This document shows positions 51,855-64,000 of a stretch of 64,000 nucleotides of DNA, piece by piece. The notes under the pieces were generated by a model. It made no database searches, had not been told where the DNA came from, and saw nothing but the letters and a program-made list of their open reading frames with translations. The translations under genes were made by a program, and so were the position numbers. Location: positions 1-64,000 of the forward strand of contig MCFE01000429.1 in the NCBI GenBank assembly GCA_002104905.1, given 5' to 3'. This DNA comes from Basidiobolus meristosporus CBS 931.73 (lineage: Eukaryota; Fungi; Basidiobolomycota). The first letter of the stretch is position 1; each line of letters begins with the position of its first letter.

Positions 51855-54685
51855 TTAACGGCGGTATTGTATGGCGCCGAATTCCTCCTGGCGACGAACC
51901 AGGTACATCAGTTTCTCCATGACCTCCTCCAGCTTCTTCTTGCGTTCAGCCAGTTTCAGTTGCTTCATCACCCGTGGGTTCTCCTTAGCGAAGTAGTCGA
52001 TTTCATTCCTATTCAGTCCGTAGTACAGTCGATTGTCGACCTCTCTAGGGAACAGGAAGAAGAACTCGTTCAGCAGCTCCACTTGGATGAACATGACTGC
52101 GGTGTAGACCAGTTTCTCCGCCACGACGTTCAGGAATACCTCGGGACACATGTTCTTGTTATCTACGCTTCTGCACTTGCGGCTCTTAAGCGTGGCAAGT
52201 CGGTACTTCAGGATCATGGCGCGTTGCTTCAAGCAGATGGCTTCTTTGGCCTTCTCAAGAAGAATCGGGTTGAAGTGCGGCTTGGCAGCATCTAGCAGCT
52301 CCGAATCCACATCAGCATGCTGGTCATCATGGACAATGGCTGCCTTGCTAGCTGTTCTACGCTGCTCATCTCTTTCGGAATCCAATACGTGCTTGATAGC
52401 GGAGCGTAGCTTGGCTTTACCGACGGTGGTCTTGATGTTGGTGAGTGCGTATTCACACATCGAGATCTCCTTTTGTAACAAGCCGATGGATCTCTTGAGT
52501 CCGTCCGCCCACTCCTGCTCGGTACACTCCACTTCGTATTTGTAAGGCTTGATGGTGTTCTCCACTTGATCAACGGTGACTTGGTACTTGCTTTTCAAGA
52601 TTTCATGGCTGAACTGGACGATCTGGCGTTGAGTGTCCGGGTGGTGAAGGAATGGCTCGTTCGACGCCAGCTTCTCCATGTTCTTCATGACCAGGTCCAC
52701 CACCATCTGGGTGCTGGATCTGCCGAGCCCGCTTTTGGTAAGGAGCGACGAGCAGATGTCGAGTTTGTGCTCCCAGTATACCTCGTCCAGCTTCTCTTTT
52801 CCCAAGGAAAAGATCTTGGGATCGGACCAGTACATCTCGGCGCAGATGTCGAGGACACGCTCTTCCAAAAGGTTTCGGAGCTCCTGTCGCACCTGAGGCT
52901 TGCCAAAGGTGCTTGCGAAGTCCTTGAACTTCAATTTTAGCGTATCCATGGTCTCGGCTACGTAGGATTCGGCGGTGACTCGGCGGTCATTGTACTCAAC
53001 TTTGAACTGGTACCTGGCTTCTTCCAGCTCCGTTTGTACACGATCCACGATGGTGGACAGGTTTCTTCTCATGTTCTCCTCCAGGACGTGGGTAAGCTTC
53101 TCCCGAAGGTTCGCGGTGCCGACGACGATGTTCCGCTGGCTGTAGACCGGGTTGGATCGGAAATACTGCTCCTCTGCTCTTACCACTTGCTTGTTCCCAC
53201 TAGGCTCGCTTTCGCCACTCACGTTTTTGCAGATGACCCCAATGTAGCCGAGGTGAAGCGGATAGTCAGTGTTCCGCAGAATGGAGATCCCACTCTCGGG
53301 AGTCACAAGATCCATCTTTGTGATCACCCCGATGGTGCGTACGCCGAGTGGGTCCACTCTTCTGCTCGCCAACAACGCCTCGGAGTTGGCCAGATCCACA
53401 TCTGCCGCGCTGACAGCGAGGATGATGTTTTGCCGGCGAATGTAGTATTCGCACAGTTCCTGGATCTTCTGCTTCAGGGCTGGCGGCTGGTTGACATTGT
53501 GGATCTGGATGTACCCAGGAAGATCGATGAGGGTCAGGTCGGGGATGTTCGGTGAATAGATGCGAAGCTCAATGGGGTTGGTGGAGACACACTCCGCGTC
53601 CGACACCGAAAGGTTCAGGTCAACCAGAGTTTTTTGAACTTGCTTGAAGTCCTGTACCTTCTCAAGTCCCAGTTGGGGAAATTCGGCGTATTCTTCCTTT
53701 GAATCGGGCGTGTTCACCAGTGTCAGCTCGATGGGGCGGCGGGTGACCATGTTGGAGCCTCTGTTGAAGTCGTTGCAAATCAACGATAAGTTGGATGTAC
53801 AGGGGACGGTGTAGGGTGGGTGCATACTATCAGCTGAACTACTTACTTTGGAAGGAACTCCCGGCCGACGATCGCCTCCAACACGGAGCTTTTCCCTGAG
53901 CTCTGGGAGCCGATCACAACGATGCTTGGAAGCTGCAAAGTATCATCATGGTCGATTGTCTTCAACATGTTACGAATCTCAATCAACTTCTTGGTTAGTA
54001 TCATGAATTGGTCATCTTTGTGTCTGGTTGGCTCCTCAACCGGCTCCGGAGGAATGATTCGGATCTTTTCCTTCGGCTCGGTGGCCACGGCTGAGGCGAA
54101 TAGCGCGGCCGGTATCATGTTCGGGGGCTTGGAGGAGCGGCCTCCCCCGCGCTCGTTTTCTTCTTGGCTGGAGCCTTTGCTCGAGGGGAAGAAATTTTTG
54201 AATAGGTCCGACTGGGTGATATGTGACAAGCCATTCTGCACTGCCGAGGCATAATACGTGCGTATCTGCTGGGCCGCAAGGGTGGCCCAGTTGGTGGAGA
54301 AATCATTGATGAAATCTGGTGGGCAAGAGCTGTTAATAACGCGGGATAGGTGGGTAATAAGACCGGTGGGTGACTAACCATTTGCTCGCAGATGGGCGTA
54401 GCCCGCTGCCCCAACTCCGAAACCAACGAAAGTCAGCGGCACACGTGCAACGTGAGCAGTCAGTTTAATGGAGGCAACGGCGGCTCTGGGGAGGATGTTA
54501 GGGAGGACATTAGCCCCAAGGAAGGATGAGAGGGGGGTGGATACCCTGGGTAGAGCGACGGTTAGTGGGCGATGTTGATAGGACCTGAGCATTGGTTTCA
54601 GGACGACGGGGTTTCTGGCGTGCGGAAGCAGCGCTGAGCCGAGCCTGACCATTTTGTGGCCTACACTCGATAGTTTGGTGATCAT
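51855..54685 (-). CDS. MGM1: Mitochondrial dynamin-like fusion GTPase Mgm1, 3 exons
   Basis: Basic presequence and TM segment, [42 protein letters not shown], and the Mgm1-specific YKVEYNDR...AESYVAE. Confidence 0.95.
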
Positions 54686-55751
54686 GTTGGGTTGTTTTGA
54701 AAGACACGAGAGGCTAAACCAAAGGAAAGAATGGCATAAGTCCACCCAGACTAGAATTCATTCATCCCAGAGTACTAGAATTTGTATTTTCTTTCGGGAA
54801 TTGGGACACTTACCTGCCATGCAAAATCAATCTACTCTTGATTAAACTAATCAACCCTGGGTTTCACAAGCCGTGTAATGGTCTAGAATATCCAATCTTT
54901 TACGAGTGATGTAGCTGTTATGCTGCGTAATTGCGGCAAACCTACCTCAGTCCAGTTAGCCCGAAGCCGCAGTCGGGCACGGCAAGTAGCATGTGACGTA
55001 GCCCCGAACAATCATGCCCAATTCCGCTAATAAATGATCGATAAGTTGATGCATCATAGACACAGTTGTTCAGTTGCTGGTGAATCTCCCACTTCAAGTA
55101 CCACTCTAGCCCCTAAGGTCTGTGATTCTCTTATCAGAACATCAACCATATTTTAAGGGGACACATCACTAGGTTATTTCATCGTTTGTCATCAGGGATG
55201 GTGATGAGGTAGTCTCTGGTGCACGTGGCCAGATGATCCTGGTCGAGCGTACTTTCCCCAATATTTAATCTAATACAAATGATGCACTCAGGACCACCTG
55301 AGTCCTCCAGGACGGCTGCGACTTGACTCGGTTGAGATACACCCAATGTTTCAGCGATTCAGCCTACCATTCAGGTTTGGGCCAACTCGTCATTGACATA
55401 CTGTTCAAACTGATCGGAGACCAGAGATCACCCACTACATGGAACAGGATCCCTTCCGATTTTTGTCAATGCTTCGAGATCCCTCTCAGGACAGATTGGG
55501 CGGGAGTGATCGATATTTATCGCTTTATTGCGCCCCAATGGACGAGTCTCTACGTATTACATGTGGTAAGGGGTAAAGAAAGAATATAGATAGCAACTTC
55601 ATCAACCCCCACCACCCGGGTACCGAGGGAATCCCATACGTTGCTTACATTCATCCAAAAGTGGCTGACATGGCGCTTGCTAAACACACAACCGGTCCAA
55701 TCCATACCCAAAGTGGGCTGATCTTAGACAAGTTCCCCCAACTCACACGGT

Positions 55752-56021
55752 CTACGGGATTTGCAAGTATCCGCGAATCCCGTGGTATTTCGCAACGATG
55801 TACCACGCGTGAAATACCGGGATGAACCCTAGAACCCACTCGAACTTGAACATGAAATGGTGCCCTAGATAGAATGGCATGAATGCGGGGAGAGAGGTGA
55901 CGATGGTCAGACCGAGGTTGATCCAGAAATCTGCCTTGAACTCCCTACGGAAATAGACTGCAAGCGGAGGGATGAAGAAGGCGACAATGAAAAGCAGTAT
56001 ATCCTTTTGGTTGTAACGCAT
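55752..56021 (-). CDS. Pmp3/YqaE-family small membrane proteolipid
   Basis: ILLFIVAFFIPPLAVYF...FWINLGLTI...LGFIPVFHAWYIV. First ATG at 56021. A possible intron lies in the middle. Confidence 0.8.
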   Translation of the reverse strand: MRYNQKDILLFIVAFFIPPLAVYFRREFKADFWINLGLTIVTSLPAFMPFYLGHHFMFKFEWVLGFIPVFHAWYIVAKYHGIRGYLQIP

Positions 56022-56283
56022 TCTCAGCAACAGTGGCGATCTTCATCTGCCCCACCGTTCAGCTTATATATTTAAGTACCCACCTCCCCCTGAAGTGCAC
56101 GTGTCGCGTGGTGTTCAGAATGCAATTTCACCCTCAGCACAATAACATGTGGCCAAATGAAACTGTGCAATACCAGCCGCCCACCCTGGAAACCACAATA
56201 CCCCACATCCGGATCAGAATGTTTATGTATTTCTCATTCTTTATGATTAAAATTGACATGTGCAAACGGCGTTTCATGTAGGG

Positions 56284-56309
56284 GAGAGAGAGAGAGAGAG
56301 ACAGAGAGA
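56284..56309. repeat. (GA)n microsatellite downstream of RPB1
   Basis: Direct reading. Confidence 0.85.
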
Positions 56310-56596
56310 TCTAAGGAGTGAAGGAAATCTGAATTTTTTGAAATTTTAGATACCAAGTATTGCTTTTCTGGATTTTTTTGGATTTTCTTAATCATCATCA
56401 TAGGAAAGGATTAAATATATAGATTCGCGCGCATTTCATGCATACAAGAATTCCCCCTCCAAATGGGTTCGAGTCAAATATCCAGATGTCTGAACCAGAC
56501 CGTATTCACCGAACAGAGAAACCAAGTTGGAGGATCTGCTTCGAAGAACACGGTTTTGGAACAAATGATCCGATACTGTTACTAGCAGCTGCTAAC

Positions 56597-62386
<5,790 letters not shown>

Positions 62387-63583
62387 GTTTTCTTTTTGCT
62401 GAGTACTGTCAGAACTAGAACGAATCTTCAGAAACAATAAGATGTTTGTTAGAGTACGTAGTTTGAAGGAGTATGAAATAACCGCTGGTTATGATCAACG
62501 AGCACTACTTCAGAAGAGTTTGTGAAACCTTTACTTACCCAACAACCTTAAAGGTGAAAATTTGTCGCGTGAATTGATGATTGTGATGACAGACGTGTAT
62601 GCTATAGTAAATATCAACAAAAGAGGATTAACAACTTTTGCAGTGTCGGATTTTTATTTTTTACTAACAATTCCCAGTGGAAAACAAATGGCTTTTCTCA
62701 GACTTAGAAGGAAGAGAGAAAAGAAACGCTGCCTCTTTTGCCAATCCACCATCTTCATTTAAGGACCTGATCTGCTTATATATCGTGGCGGTTGTTGCTC
62801 ACATGACTAGATTCACCTGAAGGTTATGGGATTCAAAATATTTGAATATGTACCCTCGAGGGATTTTTTTATATTTTATTTTCCAGCAGGAACCGTGGAT
62901 GTCTATATTTGGCTTTTGCAAAGATTACGATACCAATCAATACCAAATTCATATCGCAATACATCAGCATTACCAATAACGATAACCAAAAATGTTGGGA
63001 CTATACTGCGAACAAATATTGCATTCGAGCATTCAGAGTGGTCAAACATTAAAAATGAAAAAAAAACAGCTACGGATACATACGTTTTTTTAGCAACGTG
63101 GACTGCCTGAACTTCCACAGCAGCATTCACGTAGTATTCTTCACTTTCTACAATCACACTTTGGGCTTTTGTAGTAGAAGTACTAAAACCAGCCGATCAG
63201 CACATAGCTTGAGGCGCACAGTTGACCATTGTAGCGCAAGTAGCGCAAAAGAAATGGCTGCTGTTTGACATGCCGGGTGCTTCTTAAAGAGTAAAGCTGT
63301 GCAAAGTACTGACAAACAAGTCAACAACGCCAGCGCGGGCGTGTTCTACTGAAAACACCAGAGGCTTGTGTAGTGAAAATCAACAAACTTACCTATAGAC
63401 GTGATATTTGTACAGTGCCATACTTTGCCTAAACGCACGTATTCTACTTTTTGCCCAAGTTGTTGCACGTTTGGGGTAAAATGGATATTTTATCTAATGG
63501 ACATTCATGATTTTATTTTGATTAGGTGAATATACACCTAAAGATGTACAGAGTGCGTAAATGGAAAAAAGGCAATGCGAAGC

Positions 63584-64000
63584 TTACTCAACAAGGTCAC
63601 CGTATTGGTTGGTTCTGGCTCTTCCGGATTGTTTCAATGCATCTACATCCTCTCTAGTTCTTGGAAAATCAGACGGCCCAGGCGCAGTACGTTCAACGGC
63701 TTCAGGTTCCTCCCACTGTCTATCATCATCACGCTGTGGACGCTGCGGTTGCGAATCACGATTTATGGATTGTTCTTTACGGATTTTCTCCCAAGAAGAA
63801 TTTGGTGAATTGGCTGATCGAATCTTGGCCCATGCGGATTCCTTATGTTCTGGCGCCGGTACTTGGCTTTCTTCTTGAGACACTGCTGCGGGAATACGTG
63901 TATCAAACGGATCTCGCGAGTTATCGGACATTGCATATGAGTCTGACTCTATTTTGAAATCATCATTACTGCGGGAATTGCTTGTGGAGGGGACTTCATT
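63584..64000 (-). CDS. C-terminal part of a gene continuing beyond the window (low-complexity tail with W..IR repeats and a terminal NQYGD motif)
   Basis: The frame is open from the window edge to the stop at 63584 (…SAWAKIR…SSWEKIR…FPRTREDVD…RTNQYGDLVE*). Family not identifiable from this fragment. Confidence 0.6.
   Translation of the reverse strand, partial: NEVPSTSNSRSNDDFKIESDSYAMSDNSRDPFDTRIPAAVSQEESQVPAPEHKESAWAKIRSANSPNSSWEKIRKEQSINRDSQPQRPQRDDDRQWEEPEAVERTAPGPSDFPRTREDVDALKQSGRARTNQYGDLVE

Noticed and set aside
54282-54378. Apparent frameshift after MGM1 exon 1
   Set aside because: Using the downstream acceptor (…CCACCAG|ATTTC) restores the frame, so no mutation is needed.

Overview
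Intron-rich fungal genomic DNA, most consistent with an early-diverging fungus such as a Basidiobolus-like zoopagomycete. That placement is inferred from retention of eIF3L and USP48, a U12-type intron, and bacterial-type GH46 and CAP genes. Positions 1-3.9 kb are a CpG-depleted transposon graveyard: a LINE-type reverse transcriptase, a frameshifted ORF1/Gag-like ORF bracketed by a repeated 3'-end motif, and Ty1/Copia remnants (gag fragment, GGTTATGAGCCC primer-binding site, ~150-bp LTRs). From 4-13 kb are accessory genes: an aldo-keto reductase, a miniature CreA/Mig1-type zinc finger, a GH46 chitosanase, a hypothetical protein, and a HINT3-like protein with a degenerate histidine triad. The rest is dense housekeeping sequence: eIF3L, V-ATPase subunit C next to an Ac45/Voa1-like gene, USP48, Whi3-like RRM, CDC48, a CAP gene with an in-frame stop, ALT, NMA111, NOP58, RPL43, a PAS-only protein, head-to-head RPS5/RPS29, Atf1-like bZIP, SNF4-like, QCR6, MGM1, PMP3-like and RPB1. 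The strongest sequence-level discoveries are a textbook minor-spliceosome (U12) intron in RPB1, two probable GC-AG introns in VMA5, the VMA5 + Ac45/Voa1 pairing, and the LINE/ORF1 module sharing a hairpin-bearing 3' terminus. Gene spans and exon junctions were worked out by hand and no database searches were run.
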